The notes under the pieces: generated by a model
What the model was told of the DNA's origin: nothing
Seen by the model: the letters and a program-made list of their open reading frames with translations, nothing else
Database searches by the model: none
Source of the DNA: a virus
DNA: 64,000 nucleotides
IMG/VR virus record: IMGVR_UViG_3300045995_000601
Direction: 5' to 3' (one strand)
In this document: in pieces, positions 24,753-33,377 of the stretch
Numbering within the stretch: the first letter of the stretch is position 1
Layout of the letters: every line of letters starts with the position of its first letter
Position numbers and translations under genes: made by a program

Positions 24753-26189
24753 TTGGTTAATGTTGTAGTTGATAACTACATCCGAGTTTCTGGATTACCG
24801 AAGGATGCATTCCATACGGTAAGAGAGAGACTGACTTACCCAAATCCAGATTATGAAAATGCAATGAAATATGGAAATGGTAAAGTTAGGTTTATTCCTA
24901 GGACAGTCAGATCTTATGAGATAGAAGATGATGCTATTTTACTGCCTCGCGGAGTTCTTATGGAATTCCTAGGATATCTAGCCCAAGCACGTCTACAATA
25001 TCAATTAACTGACTTGAGAAACTTTACCACTATAGACACACCCAAACCATTAGTAAAAACTAGATCCTACCAAGAACAATTGATTAAAGATGGTTTAATA
25101 TATCCTGGGCCTGGTTATATTCTACAATCGCCTGCGGGAACGGGCAAAACCTTGACAGGACTAGAGTTGGCTAGAAGAGAGGGCCGTAAAACTCTATGGA
25201 TCACACATACCAAAGAATTGGCCAACCAAACATTACACGCTGCCTCAAATCAATCCGAAGTCGAAGTATTAGGTTTACCTAAATCGGAAATTGGTGTTAT
25301 TGGCATGGGCAAATTCAAAATAGGGGAATTCCTTACTATAGCCACGGTACAAACATTGAATCGCAGGCAAAGTTTGGTAAAAGACCTAAAATATGAATTT
25401 GGCACTATTATCGTAGATGAAGTACACCATGCCCCAGCCTTAACTTGGAAAACTGGTGCCCATATGTTTGCACCAGCCATAACTATCGGCTTAACCGCAA
25501 CATCTTATCGGGCAGACGGTCTTACTCAAATGCTGTTTGACTGTGTAGGCCCTGTTGTGGGCGTAGCTGATCGTAAGCTCTTAATTGAAGAGAACGTCTT
25601 AGTTATTCCTGAATATTGTCTGTTATATACGGGGATTAATTACTCAGGCGCAACATTCGCAGATATAGTATCTCGGTTGGTTTCTGACCCTAGACGAAAT
25701 GCAATATTCCTTCATATAATGACTGAAATAATGCAACAAAACGAGTATAACGTTGTCCTACTGCTAAGTGGGCGAGTTCAGCATATTGAGGATTTGACAA
25801 AGTTGTGTATTGAACAAGGTCTCCAGCCCATCAAGCTTTTAGGAACACTTTCCGAACTTGAGCGCGCTGTAGCCTTTGAGAAATTACAATCCAAGAAACC
25901 TAGATTATTATTAGCAACTTATGGACTATTAGCAGAGGGATTTGATTATCCACCTATTAGTCACGTGATATTAGGAACTCCTTTTAAGAATCCCGTCAGA
26001 CTTGAACAATGTGCTGGTAGAGCCCAAAGGCCGTATCAACATAAAGCAGACTCATTCGTAATTGATGCGATAGACGAAAATGCAATGTTACACAAACAGG
26101 CTAGAACCCGTAGGGCTCTGGCATTAGGCTTTGGGATGCCTATGATTACTTACAATTCAAAATTATTTGGAGAAAATAATGCTACATAG
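24753..26189 (+). CDS. superfamily-2 DNA/RNA helicase (DEVH box)
   Basis: Walker A LQSPAGTGKTLTG, Walker B IIVDEVHH, motif III TAT (GLTATSYR), and motif VI QCAGRAQR. Confidence 0.75.
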   Translation: MVNVVVDNYIRVSGLPKDAFHTVRERLTYPNPDYENAMKYGNGKVRFIPRTVRSYEIEDDAILLPRGVLMEFLGYLAQARLQYQLTDLRNFTTIDTPKPLVKTRSYQEQLIKDGLIYPGPGYILQSPAGTGKTLTGLELARREGRKTLWITHTKELANQTLHAASNQSEVEVLGLPKSEIGVIGMGKFKIGEFLTIATVQTLNRRQSLVKDLKYEFGTIIVDEVHHAPALTWKTGAHMFAPAITIGLTATSYRADGLTQMLFDCVGPVVGVADRKLLIEENVLVIPEYCLLYTGINYSGATFADIVSRLVSDPRRNAIFLHIMTEIMQQNEYNVVLLLSGRVQHIEDLTKLCIEQGLQPIKLLGTLSELERAVAFEKLQSKKPRLLLATYGLLAEGFDYPPISHVILGTPFKNPVRLEQCAGRAQRPYQHKADSFVIDAIDENAMLHKQARTRRALALGFGMPMITYNSKLFGENNAT

Positions 26190-27168
26190 CAAAATCACCA
26201 AATTTAAGCAAGCACTTCTAGAGGATGATATAAGTGGTTTACCCCAAACGGTAAAAGAAGCCATTATAGAATTGCTGCCTGCACTCAGGCCTTTAACGAT
26301 GCAGTATCTCCCAGAAAGCTGTGGAGTACAAGACTTTGAAGACGCTGAGTCAGATGCACTCTTGAGCGGGATATATTATGCCCGGGCGATGTTGAAAAAT
26401 AAGCCAGAATGTGCAAATTGGTCTATGAAGGAATGGAATAGGCGACTTTATAGTCGTTTCCATAATGCGGTTTTAGAGAGTGTACGCTACATCCTCTATC
26501 CGCTGAATATTCCTAGGCCGCTTAGATTTAGTTTAAAGAAATACTCTGATGCCATGTCCATAATTAGGAAATATGTCATGGAGGAAGAAATTAAGAACTC
26601 TGACCTGTATAGAGCCGTTATGGAATTGGGCTGTTCGATGCAAGATATATGTGCATGCAGATCCTGCTCATTAGGCTTTCCGGACTGTCCCATTTTACGT
26701 ATGGAGTCTGGGGATATTATAGAATTGCACGCTTTGTTGATGGGCGCGCGTCGGAGCTTATCTTATTATGCCAAACTATATCGCAAAAATTATAAATTCT
26801 GGATTAAAACTCTAGAGGCTCTAAAAGAGCTAACAGTGCACACATTTATTCCAGAAGTAGAATCATCTTACGACATAGACCGAGTACTTACGCTTAAACG
26901 ACTACATGACCGCATGGATGTAGAACACCCCAACTTATTTGAAGTCTACTGCTTCTCGATTTCAGACGTAGACATAAATAAGCTAAATACCAATATGGTA
27001 GTACATACACCAAAGGGCTGGCTGAACAGAAACATAAAGGACCGTTTTGGACTAGAAACGGATGAATTGAAAATATTACTAGAAAAGGGAGATCAAATAC
27101 TAAACGAATTTAGGGCTAATGAAGGACTTCCTCCTATTCAAAGAACAGTTTGGTCTAAATCTGCTTAA
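26167..27168 (+). CDS. hypothetical protein
   Basis: 333 aa, overlapping the 3' end of the helicase gene by 23 nt. Confidence 0.45.
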   Translation: MEKIMLHSKITKFKQALLEDDISGLPQTVKEAIIELLPALRPLTMQYLPESCGVQDFEDAESDALLSGIYYARAMLKNKPECANWSMKEWNRRLYSRFHNAVLESVRYILYPLNIPRPLRFSLKKYSDAMSIIRKYVMEEEIKNSDLYRAVMELGCSMQDICACRSCSLGFPDCPILRMESGDIIELHALLMGARRSLSYYAKLYRKNYKFWIKTLEALKELTVHTFIPEVESSYDIDRVLTLKRLHDRMDVEHPNLFEVYCFSISDVDINKLNTNMVVHTPKGWLNRNIKDRFGLETDELKILLEKGDQILNEFRANEGLPPIQRTVWSKSA

Positions 27169-27841
27169 CCCCCAACCATCAATACAGATAATTAAATGGC
27201 AAAAAGATGGGGTTCTGAAAAAGTTTCTAAAGCCACTCGACAAATGCGTTGGTGTAACGCAAGACGATAAATTTCATGTTGACGATGTTTTCCAACATTG
27301 TGTTAAGACATGTGATAATGTTCCCCCAGATGATATTCTTCGTTGGGCCGCAATATTGCATGATATAGGAAAAGCTCAAACCAGAGATACTCATATATTG
27401 TGTGATTTAACCTATCCAAAAGAGAAAAAAGTTGTAAACTATTGTAAATACAAGAAAAAACGCTGTTTTGCTAAGTGTGAGCACGCTATTACTCGTGTTA
27501 CTTTCTATAGACACGAAATAGCCAGTGAGCGTCTGTCCAAGATAGTTTTACGTCTCTATAAAATCGAAAAAACTAAATATGACCGAATAATCAGTTTAAT
27601 AGCGAATCATATGTATAATTATGATTGTCGTTGGACTGACAAGGCGTTAAGTCGCTTTGTAAAGAAGACTGGGATCACAATAAAGGATTTAGACAATCCT
27701 AACGTATTCCCCTTATTCAAACTTAGGCTCGCAGATCGGATAAGTCGCGGATTAGAGCCTGCCACCCAAAAACAGATAGATTTCGAAGATAGGCTAAAAA
27801 CGTATTTTGAGGAACAGCAAGAAAACTCAAAATTTCGTTAA
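27119..27841 (+). CDS. HD-domain metal-dependent phosphohydrolase
   Basis: It has the HD motif (AAILHDIGKAQ) and an upstream His (FHVDDVFQHCV). It overlaps the previous ORF by 50 nt in another frame. Confidence 0.55.
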   Translation: MKDFLLFKEQFGLNLLNPQPSIQIIKWQKDGVLKKFLKPLDKCVGVTQDDKFHVDDVFQHCVKTCDNVPPDDILRWAAILHDIGKAQTRDTHILCDLTYPKEKKVVNYCKYKKKRCFAKCEHAITRVTFYRHEIASERLSKIVLRLYKIEKTKYDRIISLIANHMYNYDCRWTDKALSRFVKKTGITIKDLDNPNVFPLFKLRLADRISRGLEPATQKQIDFEDRLKTYFEEQQENSKFR

Positions 27842-27996
27842 TTCTGGAAATATCGGAAATAGCCGATATCCCATCCTAGAGTTTGGGAGCCAACCAGAAA
27901 AAAATTAGCCAAATTCACATTTTAACCGATTTTTTCAAATTGGCGATTTTGCCTCAATATAGGAGACCTAAACAAGGTTGAACAACCGGATCAATA

Positions 27997-28611
27997 ATGA
28001 CGAAACCTTTTTATGCACCAGTTTGTTTATCCAAGCAAAATAGTAAGATCGGTAAGATCTACAACCTGAGCCTACCTCCTAAAATCGCTTGCCCGAAGGG
28101 CGTACCCTGTTATGATGACGGGTGTTACGCCCGAAAGGCATGGGATAATGGATCATGGCCCAGTGTTAGAATCGCGTGGGGACATAACTGGAGAGTGTTA
28201 ACCAATGACTTCAACAGATATTTTCATAGTATTAGAGATCAATTATTTGTTATCCAGCCGCCGTATTTTAGGTGGCATGTAGGAGGAGACATTCCTTCAC
28301 AACGCTATTTAAATGGCATGATTGCTATAGCCGAAGAGTTTCCTAGAATTAATATGGTAGCCTTTACCAAGAACTATGCACTAAATTTAGACTCGTTACC
28401 AGATAACTTGTCGGTCATTCCATCTTTCTGGCCCGCCTATGGGCAGTCAGAGAAGTTTAAGGATAGGCCAGTCGCATGGGTATATGATAAGAAGAATGAG
28501 GATGAACGCATCGGCGGACATTACTTCTTCTGCAATGATGGTTGTGATCAGTGTTATGCTTGTTGGCATATAAAGGAGTTAGACAAAGATGTCGTCTTCT
28601 ACAAACACTGA
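27997..28611 (+). CDS. hypothetical Cys-rich protein
   Basis: 204 aa containing CPKGVPCYDDGCY and CNDGCDQCYACWH. Confidence 0.45.
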   Translation: MTKPFYAPVCLSKQNSKIGKIYNLSLPPKIACPKGVPCYDDGCYARKAWDNGSWPSVRIAWGHNWRVLTNDFNRYFHSIRDQLFVIQPPYFRWHVGGDIPSQRYLNGMIAIAEEFPRINMVAFTKNYALNLDSLPDNLSVIPSFWPAYGQSEKFKDRPVAWVYDKKNEDERIGGHYFFCNDGCDQCYACWHIKELDKDVVFYKH

Positions 28612-28843
28612 TGATGGAAAAGAAGAAATTCTAAATAAGATTTCACAGATTGAGGACTATCTCGTTAATTACCGAAAGATAATGACTGAGCTTGATGATC
28701 CTCTATCTGGAATAGGAAGAGATCGCCTAGATTTACTTGAACTTGAAAATGATTTTATAGAGGCCAGCATAGACCTGGCTCTATGGACACGAGATAGATA
28801 TTACATAGATCATAGATGGCAATATTATATGTGTGATGACTAA
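28589..28843 (+). CDS. hypothetical acidic small protein
   Basis: 84 aa. A GGAG RBS (TAAAGGAGTTAGACAAAGATG) is present. Confidence 0.4.
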   Translation: MSSSTNTDDGKEEILNKISQIEDYLVNYRKIMTELDDPLSGIGRDRLDLLELENDFIEASIDLALWTRDRYYIDHRWQYYMCDD

Positions 28844-28861
28844 TCACAACAAGGAGTATCT

Positions 28862-29287
28862 ATGAGAGTACCTATCGGAGTACAAAAAGCAATTGACAAA
28901 GTAATGGTATTAAGACAAGAAATTAAAATGCTAAAGTCTGAAGAAGACCAACTAGCATCTACAATAAAAGATTTTATGAACCAGAATAACTTGGGAACTA
29001 TTGAAACCCACACAACCCTAGCCGAGTTCTGTATCAGATCAGGAGGGGTTATAGATCCAGAAGCTTATTATGAGGCCCTAGAAGAAGACTTCGACAAATT
29101 TCTAGATACAGTTTCAGTGCGTAAAGAAACAAACAATAAGTCCGGTAAACGGGGAGCAGATTATTACCTAAGTATAGAGGATATAGAGACGATCTCTATC
29201 CCTACTGAGGCAGCAGTTCTGTATATTAAGCCCCTATCACAAAAGTCGAAGTCGATTTTGACTCGTAAAGATTCAATGACGGCGTGA
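28862..29287 (+). CDS. hypothetical protein
   Basis: An AAGGAGTATCTATG RBS is present. Confidence 0.45.
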   Translation: MRVPIGVQKAIDKVMVLRQEIKMLKSEEDQLASTIKDFMNQNNLGTIETHTTLAEFCIRSGGVIDPEAYYEALEEDFDKFLDTVSVRKETNNKSGKRGADYYLSIEDIETISIPTEAAVLYIKPLSQKSKSILTRKDSMTA

Positions 29288-29652
29288 CATTAAGGAAGGC
29301 CATGACCGATTGGATATCATCTGATAAGTCTATTCATGTTGATACATGTGTAATTATTAAGCGGCATAGAACTAAGTATGGGCGGTGGGAATACAATGTA
29401 ATGGCCACGTTCAAGGGAGAATGGAACGATCTCGTATATGAATTATATGAGACGTATGATAGATTTTATGATGAAGTAGGGCATCTTTCTAAACGCTCTG
29501 CTATTCATGATAGATTAGACAAGATCGCAGAAAAATTGAAAGCCGCAGATGAAGCATATGAATTCATGCTACCTGATAAGACAGACGATTGGTATGTAGC
29601 ATATGTAAAACCAGCCATCTTCAGAATTGATGCAGACGGCTCGCTCCGATGA
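29284..29652 (+). CDS. hypothetical protein
   Basis: The start overlaps the previous stop (GTGA). 122 aa. Confidence 0.4.
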   Translation: MTLRKAMTDWISSDKSIHVDTCVIIKRHRTKYGRWEYNVMATFKGEWNDLVYELYETYDRFYDEVGHLSKRSAIHDRLDKIAEKLKAADEAYEFMLPDKTDDWYVAYVKPAIFRIDADGSLR

Positions 29653-29714
29653 AGGTAGGGGCTTAGCCCCTATCTCATCCTTAAAATTTATAGAACGAGG
29701 AAAAAAATTTTCAC

Positions 29715-30167
29715 ATGAGCTTAGCATTACCATTTGACCTACAACATATGATAATCCCAGAGGGACAAGAGAAAGAATTCAAAAGTCTAGGAGTGATAGA
29801 AGTTACAACTACTATTATACCGAGCGGTCTTGAGCGTATAAACTTAGCACCTAAAGAACGCAGCGATATAGAAACAAAGTTAAAAATGGCTTTTACTTCT
29901 ACCCTTAAAAATATGCTGGGAGTAGACCTGGCGGGCTACTTTGAAGTAGATGTAACCCAGCATAAAGAAAATAAGATTACAAAGGTTCAAGTTAATTGTA
30001 TAGCAAGCACTATCGCAGTGGAGCTAGACAAGGATCCTGAGAAGGCATTCGCGAGAACCTTAGTAACAAAGTTATGTCCCACACTACGGCACATAAGGGA
30101 CGATCTAGATAAGGTAATATCTGTAGTACCCAAGGAAATAGAAAAATATGCCCAAGGCGGAGAATAG
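29715..30167 (+). CDS. hypothetical protein
   Basis: A GAACGAGGAAAAAAATTTTCACATG RBS-like sequence is present. Confidence 0.4.
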   Translation: MSLALPFDLQHMIIPEGQEKEFKSLGVIEVTTTIIPSGLERINLAPKERSDIETKLKMAFTSTLKNMLGVDLAGYFEVDVTQHKENKITKVQVNCIASTIAVELDKDPEKAFARTLVTKLCPTLRHIRDDLDKVISVVPKEIEKYAQGGE

Positions 30168-30426
30168 ATGGTATTGGGGTGTCGCCCTCACACTTATCAT
30201 AATTATCCTCCAGATTTTTATCTTTGCTATTGGTCTTACGGCTTGGTCAGAGGTGTCTCAGGTTAAGACACTTCTGATTAACCTACATAATACTCCTAGT
30301 GATACTTCGGGTATCCCTCCTGGAGATATACAGGATATACGTTTAAAACTAAACTCAATAGAGCGGTTCTTACGAACTACTCCATTGGTAGAATGTGGAA
30401 ACAAGGATGGACCAACAAAAAGATGA
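30148..30426 (+). CDS. small membrane protein
   Basis: A transmembrane helix WYWGVALTLIIIILQIFIFAIGLTAW. Confidence 0.35.
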   Translation: MPKAENRWYWGVALTLIIIILQIFIFAIGLTAWSEVSQVKTLLINLHNTPSDTSGIPPGDIQDIRLKLNSIERFLRTTPLVECGNKDGPTKR

Positions 30427-31468
30427 TTTTGAGAAGCTAATACAGGCAAATGACGCCGTCTGTATATTTCTCCATGATCACCCCGCCCCCGATCCCGATG
30501 CCATAGGCGCAGCAATGGGATTAACAAAACTTATCCGAGACAAGTTTGATAAGCCAGTATCCATTTATGGCATTCCCCCTGTTCATACACAGAATAAGAT
30601 GATGTGTACCGAACTGGAAGTAATCATAACTGATCCAAAAAAAGAATTTGACTTTAGTGTAAACAGACAAGTAAATATTTTAGTTGATTGTAACGCCAGA
30701 GCAGGTAGTATAAAACTCTGGAATGATCTAAAATTAGAGGGCCCTCACTGGACTCTTGACCACCACTGTGATAAAGATGCCCCGAATGGTAAAAACATTG
30801 ATATGGCAGCAGTTGGATCTACTTGTACCATAGTGGCTGAGTATCTCCGAGCTTTTGATGTGGAATTTTCTTCTGAATCTAAGAGCGACACAATGATAGC
30901 AACAGGTATGATGCTAGGATTGATGGTTGATACTGACAACCTTCTTGGGGAGTCTGTTGATAGGGTGAGGGATATTAATGCTTTTCTGTATCTGAAGGAA
31001 AGGTATGACCCCGCACTATATGCTCGTATAATGCGTTACGATTATCCTACATACTTTTACGAGTGTTTTAGCACATCATATAATAATAAAATAATTGCTG
31101 AACCGTTGGGTATATATAGCCTGGGGTTTCTAAAAGAAGAGCGCGCCGGTGCAATATCACAAATAGCAGATCTGTGGATGAGAAGAGAAAGACTACATAT
31201 AGTAGTAGTTTTTGCCTTTGTAGGTAAAGAGTTAGTTGCATCCATTAGAACTAAGAATGGGGGCAATCGTGCATCCGAAATAGCAAAAATTCTATTCCCA
31301 GACTCCGGGGCAGGTGGGGGTAAAACTGCTGCAGGAGCAACAGTAGTATTAAACCAATTCATAGATCCAGACCTATTAGTGGACGAACAAAGCAAACAAG
31401 AATTATTACACATTACAATGTCTATTCTTGTGGCTAGGGCAAAGAGGAGTATGGATCTAGATGAATAA
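30395..31468 (+). CDS. DHH/DHHA1-family phosphoesterase (NrnA-like nanoRNase / pAp or cyclic-dinucleotide phosphodiesterase-like)
   Basis: Motif I IFLHDHPAPDPDAIGAAMGL, the DHH motif WTLDHHCDKD, and the DHHA1 GGG motif PDSGAGGGKTAAGA. Confidence 0.65.
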   Translation: METRMDQQKDDFEKLIQANDAVCIFLHDHPAPDPDAIGAAMGLTKLIRDKFDKPVSIYGIPPVHTQNKMMCTELEVIITDPKKEFDFSVNRQVNILVDCNARAGSIKLWNDLKLEGPHWTLDHHCDKDAPNGKNIDMAAVGSTCTIVAEYLRAFDVEFSSESKSDTMIATGMMLGLMVDTDNLLGESVDRVRDINAFLYLKERYDPALYARIMRYDYPTYFYECFSTSYNNKIIAEPLGIYSLGFLKEERAGAISQIADLWMRRERLHIVVVFAFVGKELVASIRTKNGGNRASEIAKILFPDSGAGGGKTAAGATVVLNQFIDPDLLVDEQSKQELLHITMSILVARAKRSMDLDE

Positions 31469-31479
31469 TTGAGGTAAAG

Positions 31480-31716
31480 ATGAGACTATTAGAAGGTGCG
31501 GCTATATCGACAATAATTCTTCAGTTTTGTTTAGCATTTTTCTTGCTGGGAGTTTCCATTTATGGAATCTATCTGGCTTTTTGTGCTAGTATCATTCTAG
31601 GAATTATTGTTCTGTTTACTCCACCATCAAGCACAATTGTAGGCTTAGTTATGCTCTTTACTGGTAAAAATTTAGCGATAATGCTTATGGATTTCATAAG
31701 CAAAAATTTTAACTAG
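31480..31716 (+). CDS. small multi-TM membrane protein
   Basis: A GAGGTAAAGATG RBS is present. The protein is hydrophobic throughout. Confidence 0.4.
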   Translation: MRLLEGAAISTIILQFCLAFFLLGVSIYGIYLAFCASIILGIIVLFTPPSSTIVGLVMLFTGKNLAIMLMDFISKNFN

Positions 31717-31723
31717 GAAAGCA

Positions 31724-32005
31724 ATGATAGAAAGCAGACATGTAACAACAATACACGAGTGCGCAGTTGGATGTTCCAAATGCTATGGGACAGGGGAAGG
31801 CTGGTACTCTAACGCCTGCACAGAGTGCAAGGGAAAGGGAACGGTTTGGGATAGAGGCGAAGTTGAGAATGAATATATCATTGAATGGCGCCGCGCCGAT
31901 TTTAGTGATGTAGAAATAATTGATGGAGATTATGCGGTATGCGAGTACTGCGGTCAGGACATGATAGGGTTGATAAAAGAAGAATTAAAAGGAGGACCGC
32001 AATGA
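31724..32005 (+). CDS. zinc-finger small protein
   Basis: CAVGCSKCYGTGEG...CTECKGKG...CEYCGQD. Confidence 0.4.
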   Translation: MIESRHVTTIHECAVGCSKCYGTGEGWYSNACTECKGKGTVWDRGEVENEYIIEWRRADFSDVEIIDGDYAVCEYCGQDMIGLIKEELKGGPQ

Positions 32006-32547
32006 AGTATACTATTGATTACGCTAAAGCAATGGCGGCGGATGAAAAACCCGCCCCCAAGACCAAGATGCAAATTGTAGAAAAGGACGGAGAGTTTTGT
32101 GTAAAAAGCCCGATGAATGATAAGACTATGCACTGCTTTCCTACAAAACCTGAAGCACAAAAATTCTTGACAAAGATGCAACCGATGATGTCCACATGGG
32201 ATGCTTTTCTAACTGAGTATCCTGCATGTGGAGGACTAGACTTCTTCGACATCCTAACAGAGATTGCTGTCATAGTGAAGAAAGGCTCACAATGGTGTGT
32301 CATGTCAGAGTCTGGTGGGAGTCTAGGTTGCTACGGGTCTAGAAAAGAAGCGCAAGATCGCTTGGCTCAAGTAGAAATGTTTAAGCACATGAAGAGCACT
32401 AAAGCAGGGCAGGAGTTCAGCCGTCAACAGTGTGAATGTGATCAGTGCGGTGCGATATATTGGACGCCAGACATGTGCCAAGATGCTTACTGTCCTATAT
32501 GTCATGCAGGTCCAGGTGAGAACGAGGAATTAACGGGAGTATTATAA
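32003..32547 (+). CDS. hypothetical Cys-containing protein (start at internal Met with AGGAGG RBS)
   Basis: AAAGGAGGACCGCAATG lies at 32003. ORF 31939..32547 overlaps the upstream gene, so the internal start is preferred. It carries a C-terminal CECDQCG...CPICHAG. Confidence 0.45.
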
Positions 32548-32555
32548 AGGAGATT

Positions 32556-32966
32556 TTGATGTCTAGTATTTGGAAGGTTAAAGGTTCGGATAGGTTAGTA
32601 TTACTACGTCAACTAATGGGTGCTCTGTTAAATGCCGAGCAGGACAGGCTTGAAAAAAGATTTGAGGAAATGGTGGAAGAGGGTGAATGGGATTTAGAAC
32701 GAGCAGATGGAGACTATCCTTCCGACTCTACGGCTCTGGGTGACTTTCTAAATGGAGAATTTGATGCTTGGGATAGCCCCAGCGCAGCAGCTGAAGAATT
32801 AGCTCGACAACTGGATGAAGTGGAAGAAATTGAGACTCTTGTTGACGTATTCGAGGAAATGGACGTAGATATTGATGATGTTGTTAAAGCATTAAACTAT
32901 TTGGTAGACGAGAAGGGCTGCAAGACCATCGCAGAGGCCAAAGTGTGTATGGCAGAATTGACATAA
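32556..32966 (+). CDS. highly acidic protein, W-K-x-K-G family (paralog of 32988 and 37477)
   Basis: An AAGGAG RBS is present. The N-terminus reads MSSIWKVKGSDRLVLLRQLMGALL, and the protein is extremely Asp/Glu-rich. Confidence 0.5.
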   Translation: MMSSIWKVKGSDRLVLLRQLMGALLNAEQDRLEKRFEEMVEEGEWDLERADGDYPSDSTALGDFLNGEFDAWDSPSAAAEELARQLDEVEEIETLVDVFEEMDVDIDDVVKALNYLVDEKGCKTIAEAKVCMAELT

Positions 32967-32987
32967 ACGGATATAAAGGAACAAAAC

Positions 32988-33368
32988 ATGCCTGAAATGT
33001 GGAAAATTAAGGGCGAGGAACGGAAAGAAAAGACAAGAGAACTTCTGCGGCTCCTATATAATAACCTCACAGAGCAAGTTTTACTGCGGTTTGATAGAGA
33101 CACTGACGAATGGGATTGGGATTATGATGATGGTGATGAATGGTCCGCTAACCCTGATTATGTAGTTGATTGGGCAGAAGATGAGGTGTATCTTAAGGCG
33201 TTTAAACCAGATTCTCTAATAGCAGAATTATGGTATGCACTGAAAGAAGTAGAGCATGTGCCCGATGAGAATGAGGTAGATTCTATAATTCTTTTCATGG
33301 TAAAAAATAAATGCGACAGCTTAGATGACTTGAAAGCATTGTCAGCGAGGCTAGAATCTGAAGCATAA
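32988..33368 (+). CDS. highly acidic protein, W-K-x-K-G family
   Basis: An AAGGAACAAAACATG RBS is present. The N-terminus reads MPEMWKIKGEERKEKTRELLRLLYNNL. It is Asp/Glu/Trp-rich. Confidence 0.5.
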   Translation: MPEMWKIKGEERKEKTRELLRLLYNNLTEQVLLRFDRDTDEWDWDYDDGDEWSANPDYVVDWAEDEVYLKAFKPDSLIAELWYALKEVEHVPDENEVDSIILFMVKNKCDSLDDLKALSARLESEA

Positions 33369-33377
33369 GGTTAAGGA